Origin: Dehalococcoidia bacterium
GTDB taxonomy: Bacteria > Chloroflexota > Dehalococcoidia > DSTF01 > RBG-16-68-14
Assembly (NCBI GenBank): GCA_040882355.1
Contig: JBBEBM010000017.1
Span: 1 to 64,000, forward strand
DNA: 64,000 bases
Reading direction: 5' to 3'
Position 1 is the first letter of the stretch. Each line of letters begins with the position of its first letter. The notes beneath the pieces are model-generated. The model saw only the letters and a program-made list of their open reading frames with translations, was not told the DNA's origin and ran no database searches. Shown here one piece after another: positions 18,522 to 29,006 of this stretch. The translations under genes and the position numbers were made by a program.

Positions 18522-20291
18522 ATGGTTCGCGAGCTGACCCGTGAGGAGATGAGCGAGCTCGACCCGCTGGAAGCGGCGGAGATCGATAACTTCGAGAAAG
18601 AGGCGAAGGAGTTCGCTTCCGGTGGGGGTCTTGGCGACGACTTCCGGCCCTTCCGCCTGCAGCACGGCATCTACGGTCAGCGGCAGGACGACGCCCAGAT
18701 GATCCGGGTGAAGATCCCGCACGGCACGATGACGGCGGAGCAGATGGACGTGCTGGGCGACATCGCGGACGACTACACGCCGCGCAAGCTGGGCCACGTC
18801 ACGACGCGGCAGGACATCCAGTACCACTTCGTGACGCTGGAGGACACGCCGACGGTGATGCGCCTCCTCGCGCAGTCGGGCCTGACCACGCGCGAGGCGT
18901 GCGGCAACACCGTGCGCAACGTCACGGCCGACCACATGTCGGGCGTCTGCCCGGACACGGTCTTCGACGTCACGCCCTACGCGGAGGCGGCGGCGCAGTT
19001 CTTCCTGCGCAACCCGATCTGCCAGAAGCTGCCGCGCAAGTTCAAGATCGCGTTCTCGGCCTGCCAGCACGACCACGGCCTGGTGCCGATCCACGACCTG
19101 GGCGCTACCGCGGTCATCAAGGACGGCAGGCGCGGCTTCCGCGTCACGGTCGGCGGCGGGCTGGGCGCCGCGCCGATGGTCGCGGAAGTGCTCCAGGAGT
19201 TCGTGCCGGAAGACGAGCTGCTCCGCGTCACGGAGGCGACGATCCGCATCTTCGACCGGCACGGCGAGCGCAAGAACCGCAACAAGGCGCGCATCAAGTT
19301 CGTCGTCAAGAAGTACGGCATCGACGAAGTGCGCCGCCTGATCCGCGAAGAGGTCGACACGCTTCCGCCGGCCGAGAACGGCAACTACCGCGCGCCGGTG
19401 TGGTCGTTCCTCGAGGAGGATGCCTCGCATCCGTCGGCCGCGTCGCTCGGGCAGAACGGGCACGCCCCGCAGTCCGGGTTCGAGGCGTGGAAGCGGACGA
19501 ACGCGCTGCCGCAGTTGCAGCCGGGCTTTCACATGGCGTACGTGCTGCTCCCCATCGGCGACCTGACCGGAACACAGTTCCACCAGATCGCCGAGATGGC
19601 GCGCAAGTACTCCGGGGGCAAGGCGCGCACCACCGCGAACCAGAACATGGTGCTGCGCTGGGTGCACGAGGAGGACCTGCCCTCGCTCCACGCCGATCTG
19701 ATTGAGGCGGGCCTGGCCGAGGACGGGGCGCTCACGCTCACCGACGTGATGACCTGCCCCGGCGCGGACACGTGCAGCCTCGGCGTGACGTCATCGAAGG
19801 GGCTGGGCACTGCCCTGCGCGATTCCCTTCGCGCCTCCAACGGTCACTTCAAGGACGACCCGCTGGTCGAGCAGATCCGGATCAAGATCAGCGGCTGCCC
19901 CAACTCGTGCGGCCACCACCACATCGCCGACATCGGGTTCTACGGCAACGCCGTCCGCTCCGGCGAGCGCATGGTGCCTTCGTTCTCGATGCTGATCGCG
20001 GGCAAGGGCGACGGCCCGGACGCGCGCATCGCCAAGCACGTGATGAAGATCTCAGCGAAGCGCGTGCCGGACGCCGTCAACAGCCTGATCGACCACTACC
20101 GCGGGGACCGCAACGAGGGCGAGCCGTTCGGCGACTGGGCGATTCGCGTCGGCAACCCCCACATCCAGGAGGTGCTCGCGGAGTACAAGGAGATGCCGGT
20201 CTACGAGAAGGACCCGATGGCCTTCGTCGATTGGGGCGCCACTAAGCTCTTCAGCCTGGACGACATGGGCGAAGGGGAGTGCGCGGTCTAG
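18522..20291 (+). CDS. sir: Siroheme nitrite/sulfite reductase (assimilatory sulfite reductase by context)
   Basis: GIYGQR, TTRQDIQ, ACGNTVRN, LPRKFK, CPGADTC and GCPNSCG ligands. Confidence 0.92.
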   Translation: MVRELTREEMSELDPLEAAEIDNFEKEAKEFASGGGLGDDFRPFRLQHGIYGQRQDDAQMIRVKIPHGTMTAEQMDVLGDIADDYTPRKLGHVTTRQDIQYHFVTLEDTPTVMRLLAQSGLTTREACGNTVRNVTADHMSGVCPDTVFDVTPYAEAAAQFFLRNPICQKLPRKFKIAFSACQHDHGLVPIHDLGATAVIKDGRRGFRVTVGGGLGAAPMVAEVLQEFVPEDELLRVTEATIRIFDRHGERKNRNKARIKFVVKKYGIDEVRRLIREEVDTLPPAENGNYRAPVWSFLEEDASHPSAASLGQNGHAPQSGFEAWKRTNALPQLQPGFHMAYVLLPIGDLTGTQFHQIAEMARKYSGGKARTTANQNMVLRWVHEEDLPSLHADLIEAGLAEDGALTLTDVMTCPGADTCSLGVTSSKGLGTALRDSLRASNGHFKDDPLVEQIRIKISGCPNSCGHHHIADIGFYGNAVRSGERMVPSFSMLIAGKGDGPDARIAKHVMKISAKRVPDAVNSLIDHYRGDRNEGEPFGDWAIRVGNPHIQEVLAEYKEMPVYEKDPMAFVDWGATKLFSLDDMGEGECAV

Positions 20292-20366
20292 GCCGAACAC
20301 GACACGCCAGGTGAACTCGGACAGCGCTCGCCTACGGCGAGCGCGTCCATGACTACGGGAGAGGGC

Positions 20367-21116
20367 ATGACCCAGGTGAAGACCTACACTGCTGACGAGC
20401 TGGCGGCGATCAGCGCGGAGATGGAGGAGCAGACCCCCCGCGAGATCCTCCGGTGGGCGGTCGACGAGTTCTTTCCCGACGTCTCGCTGGCGTGCAGTTT
20501 CGGAGGCCCGTCCGGCATGGTGCTCATCGACATGATCGCCGAGATCGAGCCGCGCGTGGAGGTCTTCTACATCGACACCGACTTTCTGTTTCCGGAGACG
20601 TACGCGACGCGCGACCGCGTCATCGAGCGTTACGGCATCCGGCCCGTCGCCTACAAATCGCAGCTCACGCCGCAGGAGCAGGCGGCCAAGTACGGCGATG
20701 AGCTGTGGCTGAGCAATCCCGACCTCTGCTGCGGCGTGCGGAAGGTGGAGCCGAACCGCCGGGCGCTCGCCGGTAAGCGGGGCTGGATCTCGGGCCTGCG
20801 TCGCGACCAGGCGACGACGCGTCGTGACACGCCGGCTGTCCAGTGGGTGAACCAGTTTGAGCTGGTCAAGATCAACCCGCTGGTTCGCTGGACGGAGGGC
20901 GACATCTGGGCCTACATCGTCAAGCACGACGTGCCCTACAACCCGCTCCACGACCAGAACTACCCCAGCCTCGGCTGCACGTACTGCACACGAGCGGTCA
21001 GTCCGGGCGACGACCCGCGCTCCGGCCGCTGGCAGGGGAACGACAAGGTGGAATGTGGCATCCACCTGGACGGCGGGCTCGTGCCCATCGCCCGGGGTGA
21101 AGAGATTACAGGATAG
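20367..21116 (+). CDS. cysH: (Phospho)adenylyl-sulfate reductase, 4Fe-4S type
   Basis: [37 protein letters not shown]; alternative ATG at 20349. Confidence 0.95.
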   Translation: MTQVKTYTADELAAISAEMEEQTPREILRWAVDEFFPDVSLACSFGGPSGMVLIDMIAEIEPRVEVFYIDTDFLFPETYATRDRVIERYGIRPVAYKSQLTPQEQAAKYGDELWLSNPDLCCGVRKVEPNRRALAGKRGWISGLRRDQATTRRDTPAVQWVNQFELVKINPLVRWTEGDIWAYIVKHDVPYNPLHDQNYPSLGCTYCTRAVSPGDDPRSGRWQGNDKVECGIHLDGGLVPIARGEEITG

Positions 21117-21127
21117 AAGGGAAGGAC

Positions 21128-21679
21128 ATGCACGAATCCGGCTTCACGATCTGGTTCACCGGGCTCTCCGGCGCGGGCAAGACGACCATCGCCGAGCAGC
21201 TCGATCGCGTCCTGCGCGACCGCGGCCTCAAGGTCGAGAGTCTGGACGGCGACGTGGTGCGCACGCACCTGAGCAAGGGCCTCGGCTTCAGCAAGGAGGA
21301 CCGCGACACGAACATCCGGCGCATCGGGTTCGTCTGCCACCTGCTCTCGCGCAACGGAGTTGTCGCCATCGCCTCCGCCATCTCGCCCTACCGCGATATT
21401 CGAGACGAGGTGCGCGCGGAGATCGGCGACTTCGTCGAGGTGTACGCGAAGTGTCCGCTGGAGGTGCTCACAGAGCGCGACGTGAAGGGCCTCTACGCCA
21501 AGGCGATCAAGGGCGAGATCAAGAACTTCACCGGCGTCTCCGACCCCTACGAGGAGCCGCTCAACGCGGAGGTCGTGCTGGAAACGGATAAGGAGACGGA
21601 AGCCGAGAGCCTGACGAAGCTCGTCGGGAAGCTGGAGGAGCTGGGCTACCTTGCGCCGCTCTCGGAGCCGGTGAGCTAG
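21128..21679 (+). CDS. cysC: Adenylyl-sulfate kinase
   Basis: [40 protein letters not shown]. Confidence 0.97.
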   Translation: MHESGFTIWFTGLSGAGKTTIAEQLDRVLRDRGLKVESLDGDVVRTHLSKGLGFSKEDRDTNIRRIGFVCHLLSRNGVVAIASAISPYRDIRDEVRAEIGDFVEVYAKCPLEVLTERDVKGLYAKAIKGEIKNFTGVSDPYEEPLNAEVVLETDKETEAESLTKLVGKLEELGYLAPLSEPVS

Positions 21680-21682
21680 GCC

Positions 21683-22876
21683 ATGGCGGAAGCGACGGTT
21701 TCACTCGACACCCTGATCCCGCCTCACGGCGGGACGCTCATCAATCGGGAAGTCACCGGCGACGAAGCCGCCGCGCTTGCCGGGAAGGCACGCTCGCTGC
21801 CCGCGCTTCGCCTGAACTCGCGGACGCTCTGCGACCTGGAGCTGCTCGCGATCGGCGGGTTCAGCCCGCTCGAAGGCTTCATGACGAACGCGGAGTACCG
21901 CTCGGTCGTCGACGCGATGCACCTGCCGGACGGGCTGCCCTGGTCGCTGCCAGTGACGCTCGCCGCGTCGCGTGAGGAAGCGGCGTCGCTGCGGGATGGC
22001 GCGCAGGTGGCGCTGGCCGACGCCGACGGCGCGCCGCTGGCGGTGCTCGACCTGGAGGAGCGCTTCGACTACGACAAGGAGCGCGAGGCGAAGCTCGCTT
22101 ACGGCACGACCGAGGACGCCCACCCGGGCGTCGCCGCGCTGTACGCTCAGGGCGACGCGCTGCTGGCGGGGCGCGTGACCGTCTTCCGCCGGCCGCCGGC
22201 CGCTTTCGCGGAGCACCGATTGACGCCTGCTCAGACGCGCGCGGCGTTCGTCGAGCGGGGCTGGCGAACGGTCGTCGGCTTCCAGACGCGGAACCCGGTC
22301 CACCGGGCGCACGAGTACATCCAGAAGTGCGCGCTGGAGATCGTCGACGGCCTGCTGCTCCACCCGCTCGTCGGGGACACGAAAGGCGACGACATCCCCG
22401 CCGACGTGCGCATGCGCTGCTATCAGGTGCTGCTGGACGGCTACTACCCAGCGGACCGCGTGCTCCTGTCGGTGCTGCCCGCCGCGATGCGCTACGCCGG
22501 CCCGCGCGAGGCGATCTTCCACGCCATCGTGCGCAAGAACTACGGCTGCTCGCACTTCATCGTCGGGCGCGACCACGCCGGCGTTGGCAGCTACTACGGC
22601 ACGTACGACGCGCAGAAGATCTTCCTGGAGTTCGCGCCGGGCGAGCTGGGCATGACGCCGCTCTTCTTCGAGCACACGTTCTTCTGCCGCGCCTGCGAGG
22701 GCATGGCGAGCAGCAAGACCTGCCCGCACGAGAACGATCAACGCATCGCGCTCTCCGGCACCAAGGTGCGCGAGCTGCTCGCGGCGGGCGAGGCGCCGCC
22801 CCACGAGTTCACCCGGCCCGAAGTGGCGCAGGTGCTGATCGAGGCGATGTCACGGACGGTGCCTGCGGGAGGCTAG
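21683..22876 (+). CDS. sat: Sulfate adenylyltransferase
   Basis: [41 protein letters not shown]. Confidence 0.97.
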   Translation: MAEATVSLDTLIPPHGGTLINREVTGDEAAALAGKARSLPALRLNSRTLCDLELLAIGGFSPLEGFMTNAEYRSVVDAMHLPDGLPWSLPVTLAASREEAASLRDGAQVALADADGAPLAVLDLEERFDYDKEREAKLAYGTTEDAHPGVAALYAQGDALLAGRVTVFRRPPAAFAEHRLTPAQTRAAFVERGWRTVVGFQTRNPVHRAHEYIQKCALEIVDGLLLHPLVGDTKGDDIPADVRMRCYQVLLDGYYPADRVLLSVLPAAMRYAGPREAIFHAIVRKNYGCSHFIVGRDHAGVGSYYGTYDAQKIFLEFAPGELGMTPLFFEHTFFCRACEGMASSKTCPHENDQRIALSGTKVRELLAAGEAPPHEFTRPEVAQVLIEAMSRTVPAGG

Positions 22877-24049
22877 GTGAACGAGCCTGAGGCCCGTAGC
22901 GGCATCGTCCTCGCGCCCCGAGTCTTCGTCCACCCCGATGCGGCGGAGGAGCAGGTGACGAAAGCCGAGGCCGCGACCCCAGGGCACGCGACTCCAGGCC
23001 GGCTCCGGCTCGCCGGGCCAGTCGCCCTGCGAGTCGTCTACGTCGTTGGCGCGCTGGCGCTCTTCATCCTCTCGCTGGAGTTGATGAAGTCGGGGGCGCG
23101 AGGGCTGGAGCCGATCCTCGAACGAATTTCGGCGGATGGCGCGGCGGGCATGCTCGGTTTCGGCTGGCTGGGATCGTACATCGTCCTGAGCGGGTCGCCG
23201 GTCGCGGCGATCTCGCTCAGCCTCTTCAGCGGCGGCGTCGTCAGCGACATCGAGAGCTTCGCGATGATCAACGGCAGCCGGCTCGGGGCGTCGTTCATCG
23301 TGCTGTTCGTGGGCTTCATCTACTATCTCACGCGCAAACGCGACCCGGACAGCATCTACATCGGTGTCGTTGCGCTGCTCACGGCGTTCACACTCTGGGC
23401 GCCCGTCGTGCCCATCGGCATACTGGTTCTGCGCGAGGGCTGGTTCGACGGTGTGAGCGCCGGCTCGCCGGGCGCGCTGGTGTCGCTCGTCGACGTCATC
23501 TACGACCCGATCGTGGCGCGCGCCGACGACCACCTGCCGCGCCTGGCGCTCTTCGCGCTGGGAGTGCCCGTGCTGCTGGGCTCGTTCTTCGTCTTCGACC
23601 GCGTGCTGCCCAACCTGGAGAGCCCGGGGCCGACCTTCGAGCGGATCTCGCGGCTGGCCAGCCAGCGCCTGCCGATGTTTGGCTTCGGCGCGGGCGTGAC
23701 CCTGCTCACGCTATCGGTCTCTCTCTCGCTGACGATTCTCGTGCCGCTCACGCTCAAGGGCTACTTGCGCCGCCAGCACCTGATCCCCTACATCATGGGC
23801 GCGAATATCGCGACCTGGATCGACACGCTGTTCGCGTCGCTGTTGCTGGACACTCCGCACGCGTTCACCATCGTCTTCACGCAGATGGTCGTGGGCGCCG
23901 CCATCTCGCTCTTCGTGCTCATCTTCCTCTATGGGCCGTACTCGCGCGCGATCCTTACGCTCGCCCACAAAGCGACGGCGAACCGCCGTGGGTTCGTGGT
24001 CTTCCTCAGCGCGATCCTGCTGATGCCGCTGCTACTGCTGGCGGTGTGA
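22877..24049 (+). CDS. Membrane transporter, Na+/Pi cotransporter-like
   Basis: Two repeats (LSGS...INGSRLG; LSVS...IMGANIAT) and about ten TM segments; starts 1 nt after the sat stop. Confidence 0.75.
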   Translation: MNEPEARSGIVLAPRVFVHPDAAEEQVTKAEAATPGHATPGRLRLAGPVALRVVYVVGALALFILSLELMKSGARGLEPILERISADGAAGMLGFGWLGSYIVLSGSPVAAISLSLFSGGVVSDIESFAMINGSRLGASFIVLFVGFIYYLTRKRDPDSIYIGVVALLTAFTLWAPVVPIGILVLREGWFDGVSAGSPGALVSLVDVIYDPIVARADDHLPRLALFALGVPVLLGSFFVFDRVLPNLESPGPTFERISRLASQRLPMFGFGAGVTLLTLSVSLSLTILVPLTLKGYLRRQHLIPYIMGANIATWIDTLFASLLLDTPHAFTIVFTQMVVGAAISLFVLIFLYGPYSRAILTLAHKATANRRGFVVFLSAILLMPLLLLAV

Positions 24050-24075
24050 GGGCCCTTGGGAGCGCCTGTGGGACA

Positions 24076-24107
24076 TGCTATAATTGTTGATGAAGATAGT
24101 AAACTTT
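24076..24107 (+). promoter_or_regulatory. Extended -10 promoter with Rrf2-type operator
   Basis: TGCTATAAT (24076-84); box ATTGTTGATGAAGATAGTAAACTTT (24083-107), 17/25 identical to 18456-80. Confidence 0.75.
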
Positions 24108-24128
24108 GAATCTGTGAAAGCGTGAGAC

Positions 24129-24569
24129 GTGAAGGTATCCACTAAGGGTGACTACGGGGTGCGCGCCCTCGTCGAGCTGGCCCATCGCTACGGGCAGGGC
24201 CCGGTGCAGAGCGCCGAGATCGCCTCGCGCCAGGAGATCCCGGAGCCGTACCTGGACCAGCTCCTGACGCAGCTCCGCCGCGCCGGCTTCATTCGCAGCG
24301 TGCGCGGCCCCCAGGGCGGCCACGCGTTGATCCGCGAGCCCGACGAGGTGAAGCTGAGCGAGGTGATGAGCGCGCTCGAAGGATCGCTGGCGCCGATCGC
24401 GTGCGTGGACGATCCAAAGGCCTGCACCAGATCGGGCGGCTGCGTCCAGCGCGAGGTCTGGGAACGCGTGCGTGACGCCACATTCGATATCCTAAACGGC
24501 GTATCGATCGCCGATCTTGCCGAGAAGGAGCGCGAGCACAGCCACAATGGTGGACGCTACTACATCTGA
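24129..24569 (+). CDS. Rrf2 family transcriptional regulator (CymR/IscR-like)
   Basis: STKGDYG.RAL, PYLDQLL..L, SVRGPQGG; three Cys (C-x6-C-x5-C) in the C-terminal half. Confidence 0.93.
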   Translation: MKVSTKGDYGVRALVELAHRYGQGPVQSAEIASRQEIPEPYLDQLLTQLRRAGFIRSVRGPQGGHALIREPDEVKLSEVMSALEGSLAPIACVDDPKACTRSGGCVQREVWERVRDATFDILNGVSIADLAEKEREHSHNGGRYYI

Positions 24570-25512
24570 CCTGCGCGAGCTGAAGCCTTCGGTGCGCTCC
24601 GGCGAGGAGATCGCCGGCAGCGTGCTCGATCTCGTGGGCAACACGCCACTCGTGCGGCTGCAGCGCGTCGTGCCGGAGGGCGCGGCCGAAGTGCTCGCCA
24701 AGCTCGAGTCGGCCAACCCGGCCGGCAGCGTCAAGGACCGGATCGCCTTGAGCATGATCGAGGACGCGGAAGCGCGCGGCACGCTGACACCCGGCGCGAC
24801 GATCGTCGAGCCGACGAGCGGCAACACCGGCATCGGCCTGGCGATGGTCGCCGCGGTCAAGGGCTACCGCCTGATCCTGACGATGCCGGAAGACATGAGC
24901 GTCGAGCGCCGCAAGCTCTTCACGCGCTTCGGAGCGGAGCTCGTCCTCACCCCCGCCATCGAGGGGATGTCGGGCGCCGTCTTCGCCGCCCAGGAGATGG
25001 TGGAGAAGCACGGCTACTTCATGCCCCAGCAGTTCAACAACCAGGCGAACCCGGAAGCGCACCGCCGCACCACCGGGCCCGAGATCCTGAAGGCCACGGA
25101 CGGGCGGATCGATGCCTTCGTGGCGGGTGTGGGCACCGGCGGTACGATCACCGGTGTCGGCGAAGTCCTGAAGCAGCAGACCCCGGACGTGCTCATCGTC
25201 GCGGTGGAGCCGGCGCGCTCGCCCGTGCTCGCGGGCGGCAAGGCGAGCCTCCACGGCATCCAGGGCATCGGCGCGAGCTTCGTACCAGGCGTGCTCAATC
25301 GCGAGATTTACGACGAGCTTGTCGCCGTGACCGACGAAGACGCCTTCGCGATGTGCGCGCGTCTGACGAAGGAGGAGGGCCTGCTGGTGGGTATCTCCGC
25401 CGGCGCCAACGTGCTCGCCTCGATCCAGATCGCCGCGAGGCTCGGCGCGGGCAAGCGGGTCGTTACGATTTTGCCCGACACGGGCGAGCGGTACCTGAGC
25501 GTGAACCTGTGA
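24547..25512 (+). CDS. cysK: Cysteine synthase A (O-acetylserine sulfhydrylase)
   Basis: GNTPLV, NPAGSVKDR, EPTSGNTG, QQFNN.AN, GTGGT, HGIQGIG, PDTGERYLS; overlaps the Rrf2 3' end. Confidence 0.95.
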   Translation: MVDATTSDLRELKPSVRSGEEIAGSVLDLVGNTPLVRLQRVVPEGAAEVLAKLESANPAGSVKDRIALSMIEDAEARGTLTPGATIVEPTSGNTGIGLAMVAAVKGYRLILTMPEDMSVERRKLFTRFGAELVLTPAIEGMSGAVFAAQEMVEKHGYFMPQQFNNQANPEAHRRTTGPEILKATDGRIDAFVAGVGTGGTITGVGEVLKQQTPDVLIVAVEPARSPVLAGGKASLHGIQGIGASFVPGVLNREIYDELVAVTDEDAFAMCARLTKEEGLLVGISAGANVLASIQIAARLGAGKRVVTILPDTGERYLSVNL

Positions 25513-25545
25513 TGGTTGGGAGCATTTCGACGCACACCTGCACGT

Positions 25546-25612
25546 GTAGCCCGGGGTCTTGAGACCCCAAGGGCGAAGCCGCCCGGGCTGAAGACCCCGC
25601 CAGACCTGCAAC
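25546..25612. repeat. GTAG-family REP pair
   Basis: GTAGCCCGGGGTCTTGAGACCCC followed by an inverted-type unit CGGGCTGAAGACCCCG. Confidence 0.6.
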
Positions 25613-25683
25613 AGACGCAAGCATCGCCGGACTCAGCGAGCAACCGGCGAGAGCAGACAGACTCCCAGGTGGAGGACAGATCG

Positions 25684-26820
25684 ATGAGCGTAACAGTCTA
25701 TATTCCCACCCCGTTTCGCAGGATGACGGGGAACCGAGCGTACATCCCGGTGGAAGGCGAGACGATCGCCGAAGTGCTGGACAACCTGGACCACCAGTTC
25801 CCAGGCGTGCACGACCTGATCTACAGCAGCCAGCACGAGCTGCCGGCGCACATCAACATCTACGTGAACAACCAGGAGATCACCAGCTTGCAGGGCGACG
25901 CCACCCGCCTCTCCGAGGGCGACCAGATCGCGATCATCCCCGCCATCGCGGGCGGCAGCGCCGGCGACGGCGGCGGCGACGGGGCGCAGCCGATCGTGCT
26001 GACGCCGGAGCAGGTGAACCGCTACTCGCGCCACATCATCATGGGCCCGGTGGGCAGCACGGGCCAGCGCAAGATCATCGGGTCGAAGGTGCTGATGGTC
26101 GGCGCGGGCGGGCTCGGCTCGCCGGTGGCGCTCTACCTGGCACTCGCGGGCGTCGGCACGCTCGGCATCGTCGACTTCGACGTCGTCGATCTGTCGAACC
26201 TGCAGCGGCAGATCCTCCACCAAAACGACGACATCGGCAAGCCGAAGGTCGTCTCGGCGAAGGAGACGCTGAACGCCTACAACCCGGACGTCAACGTGAT
26301 CACCCATGAGCTGCCCCTCACGTCCGACAACGCAATCGAGATCATCTCGCAGTACGACATCGTGGTGAACGGAGCGGACAACTTCGCGGCGCGCTACCTG
26401 GTGAACGACGCCTGCGTATTTCTCAAGAAGCCGCTGGTGGACGGCAGCATCCTCCTCTTCGACGGCCAGGCTACGACATACCTGCCGGGTAAGGGCTGCT
26501 ACCGCTGCCTCTTCCCGCAGCCGCCGCCGCCCGGCCTGGTGCCGAGCTGCGCGGAGGCGGGCGTGCTGGGCGCGCTCTGCGGGCTGGTCGGCTCGATCCA
26601 GGCGACGGAGGCGCTGAAGCTCATCCTTGGCATCGGCGACCCGCTCAGCGGGCGCCTCCTGATCATCGATGCGCTCTCGATGGAGGTCCGCGCGCTCAAG
26701 ATCCGGCGCGACCCGAACTGCGTGGTCTGCGGCGACAACCCAACGGTGACCGAGCTGATCGACTACGACGCGTTCTGCGGCGCCGCGCCTCATGCCGACG
26801 CGGTATCCGCCGAAGCGTAG
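25684..26820 (+). CDS. Fusion of MoaD/ThiS/CysO ubiquitin-like domain and MoeB/ThiF (E1-like) adenylyltransferase
   Basis: ATG after GGAGG; beta-grasp domain ending PAIAGG, linker SAGDGGGDG, then RYSRH, GAGGLG, SNLQRQ, DNF, CYRC, PSCAEAG, CVVC; no rhodanese tail. Confidence 0.92.
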   Translation: MSVTVYIPTPFRRMTGNRAYIPVEGETIAEVLDNLDHQFPGVHDLIYSSQHELPAHINIYVNNQEITSLQGDATRLSEGDQIAIIPAIAGGSAGDGGGDGAQPIVLTPEQVNRYSRHIIMGPVGSTGQRKIIGSKVLMVGAGGLGSPVALYLALAGVGTLGIVDFDVVDLSNLQRQILHQNDDIGKPKVVSAKETLNAYNPDVNVITHELPLTSDNAIEIISQYDIVVNGADNFAARYLVNDACVFLKKPLVDGSILLFDGQATTYLPGKGCYRCLFPQPPPPGLVPSCAEAGVLGALCGLVGSIQATEALKLILGIGDPLSGRLLIIDALSMEVRALKIRRDPNCVVCGDNPTVTELIDYDAFCGAAPHADAVSAEA

Positions 26821-26934
26821 GGTGCGCACGGCCGGTGGACGGGGTATATTGTGCCGCACCGCCAACTGAAGTCGGCGGCGTGGCATGATGACGGTCATTC
26901 GGCTGCGGGCCGAGACCTCAGGGGTGGAGGAAGC

Positions 26935-27222
26935 ATGGCAGTTGAAGTACGCGTGACGGCAACGCTCCAGAACCTCGTTGGGGGGAAGAGTGTGAACGGC
27001 GACGGGACGACCGTGGGCGAGCTGCTGACGGACCTGGACTCACGCTATCCTGGCTTTCGCGCCCAGATCAGCGGCGAGGACGGCCAGCTCCACCGCTTCG
27101 TCAACATCTACCTGAACGACGAAGACATCCGCTACCTCCAGGCGCTCGAGACCCCGCTCAGCGAAGGCGACGTCGTGTCGATTCTCCCCGCGCTGGCCGG
27201 CGGCGGCACGCCAGCCGCATGA
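26935..27222 (+). CDS. CysO/MoaD-like sulfur carrier protein with C-terminal extension
   Basis: ATG after GGAGG; LHRFVNIYLNDEDIR; ends LPALAGG-GTPAA. Confidence 0.9.
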   Translation: MAVEVRVTATLQNLVGGKSVNGDGTTVGELLTDLDSRYPGFRAQISGEDGQLHRFVNIYLNDEDIRYLQALETPLSEGDVVSILPALAGGGTPAA

Positions 27223-27542
27223 TCTCCGAGCCGGTCGAGACCTGGATGAACCTCAAGCGGCTCGCTGCCACGGGATACGGCACGGGGGCCGTGCTGAACG
27301 ACGTGGAGCGCGGCAAGCTCGGCATCTCGCCGAGCTTCCTTGTGTTCAGCGACGGCCACAACAAGCGCAGCGGATGGATCCTGCGCGACCGCGTCGACGC
27401 CGTCCAGGTCGAAGAGAACGTGATCCGCCTGCTCGCCGCCGGGGTCGTCTATCACCTGGAGCTGGAAGGCGCAGCCGACGCAACGAAGCTCAGCGAACTG
27501 CTGAGCGACGAGCCCGGCCCCGACGAGGACGAGGACGCCTAG
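27219..27542 (+). CDS. Hypothetical protein with acidic tail
   Basis: ATGA overlap with the Ubl gene; stop 4 nt before cysM; normal codon usage. Confidence 0.75.
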   Translation: MISEPVETWMNLKRLAATGYGTGAVLNDVERGKLGISPSFLVFSDGHNKRSGWILRDRVDAVQVEENVIRLLAAGVVYHLELEGAADATKLSELLSDEPGPDEDEDA

Positions 27543-27546
27543 CGCG

Positions 27547-28485
27547 ATGCTGTACGCCAGCCTCATCGACACCATCGGCAACACGCCGCTCGTGGAGCTG
27601 CAGCGGCTCAGCCCGAAGCCGGGCGTGCGACTGTTCGCCAAGCTCGAAGGGCAGAACCCGACAGGCTCGGTCAAGGACCGCATCGCCAAGTACATGATCG
27701 AGGCGGCGGAAGCGTCGGGGGCGCTGACGCCGGACCGGATGGTGCTTGAGCCGACGAGCGGCAACACGGGCATCTCGCTGGCGATGATCTGCCGGATCAA
27801 GGGCTACCGGCTGAAGGTCGTGATGCCGGAGAGCGTGAGCGAGGAGCGCTCGCAGCTCCTGCGCGCGTTCGGCGCGGAGATCGTGCTGTCGGAAGGGCTC
27901 AAGGGCACGAACGGGTCGATCGCCGTCGCGCAGCAGATGGCGGCGGACGAGCCGAACTACTTCATGCCCTACCAGTACGGCAACGAGGCGAACCCGCGCG
28001 CCCACTACGAGACCACCGGCCCGGAGATCCTGCGCGACGTGCCGGAAATCGACGTCTTCATCGCGGGGCTGGGCACCGGCGGCACCCTAACCGGCGTCGG
28101 CCACTTCCTCAAGGAACGCAAGCCGGACGTGAAGGTCGTCGCGTGCGTGCCCCACCCGGGCGACCTGGTGCAGGGCCTTCGCAGCCTGGAGGAGGGCTTC
28201 ATCCCGCCCGTCCTCGACGAGACCGTGCTCGACGGCAAGATCGTGATCGACTCGCGGACGTCGTTCGCCGCGACGAAGGAGCTGACACAGAAGGAAGGCG
28301 TCTTCGCCGGCATCTCCGCGGGCGCTGTCCTGCGCACCGCCCAGCGCGTCGCGGAGCGGCTCGATAGCGGGAACATCGTCATGCTGCTCGCGGACGGTGG
28401 CTGGAAGTACCTCTCGACCTCACTCTGGAGCAAGGACTACGCCGACCTCAAGGAAGAGGAGATCGAGGGGAAGGTCTGGTGGTAG
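27547..28485 (+). CDS. cysM: CysM-type (sulfur-carrier-dependent) cysteine synthase
   Basis: NPTGSVKDR, YQYGN.AN, GLGTGGT, GLRSLEEGFIP, ADGGWKYLS and aromatic C-terminus KVWW, as in mycobacterial CysM. Confidence 0.88.
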   Translation: MLYASLIDTIGNTPLVELQRLSPKPGVRLFAKLEGQNPTGSVKDRIAKYMIEAAEASGALTPDRMVLEPTSGNTGISLAMICRIKGYRLKVVMPESVSEERSQLLRAFGAEIVLSEGLKGTNGSIAVAQQMAADEPNYFMPYQYGNEANPRAHYETTGPEILRDVPEIDVFIAGLGTGGTLTGVGHFLKERKPDVKVVACVPHPGDLVQGLRSLEEGFIPPVLDETVLDGKIVIDSRTSFAATKELTQKEGVFAGISAGAVLRTAQRVAERLDSGNIVMLLADGGWKYLSTSLWSKDYADLKEEEIEGKVWW

Positions 28486-29006
28486 CAAACGCGCTAGCAT
28501 TCGACATCAAAGAGACGACCACGCGGCTGAGCGACTCGCTGAGGACGATCGAGTGGGCGGTGTCACTCGTACCGGAGCAGTGGACGCACCGGCTGCCAGA
28601 GCACTACCCAGCGGACGCCTGGAGCGTAGCAATGAACATCGCGCACCTGGTGACGTACGAAGAAGGTCTGGCAGCGCCGATGCTGGAGGCCCTCGCCGCC
28701 GGATGCGACGGCACCGATGTGGTTGCCTCCGCGGACGAGCGGCTCGCCGACGCCGTCGCGATCGCCGATCAGCCGCTCGATGCGCTCATGGCGCGGTTGC
28801 GGTCGGCGCGGGGGCGGCAGATCGAGGTAGTGAAGGACTTTCCTGCGGAACGTTTCAGCGCGCCCCTGACCCCGCTTTGGGGCCGGCACTACCCACTCTA
28901 CGGCGACCATCTGCACTCAGCCGGTTGGGTGGCGAGCAAGACGTTCCAGCACACGTGGGAGCACGGCAATGCCATCCTGCGCGTCGCTCTCTATGCTCCG
29001 CGATGA
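28479..29006 (+). CDS. DinB family protein
   Basis: WSVAMNIAHL..YE and QHTWEH; overlaps the cysM stop by 7 nt. Confidence 0.8.
   Translation: MVANALAFDIKETTTRLSDSLRTIEWAVSLVPEQWTHRLPEHYPADAWSVAMNIAHLVTYEEGLAAPMLEALAAGCDGTDVVASADERLADAVAIADQPLDALMARLRSARGRQIEVVKDFPAERFSAPLTPLWGRHYPLYGDHLHSAGWVASKTFQHTWEHGNAILRVALYAPR

Noticed and set aside
25516..25683. N-terminal extension of the Ubl-E1 ORF in the ORF track (similarly 26851-26934, 49303-49656, 60390-60662)
   Set aside because: These translate through repeats or neighbouring genes; better starts lie downstream.
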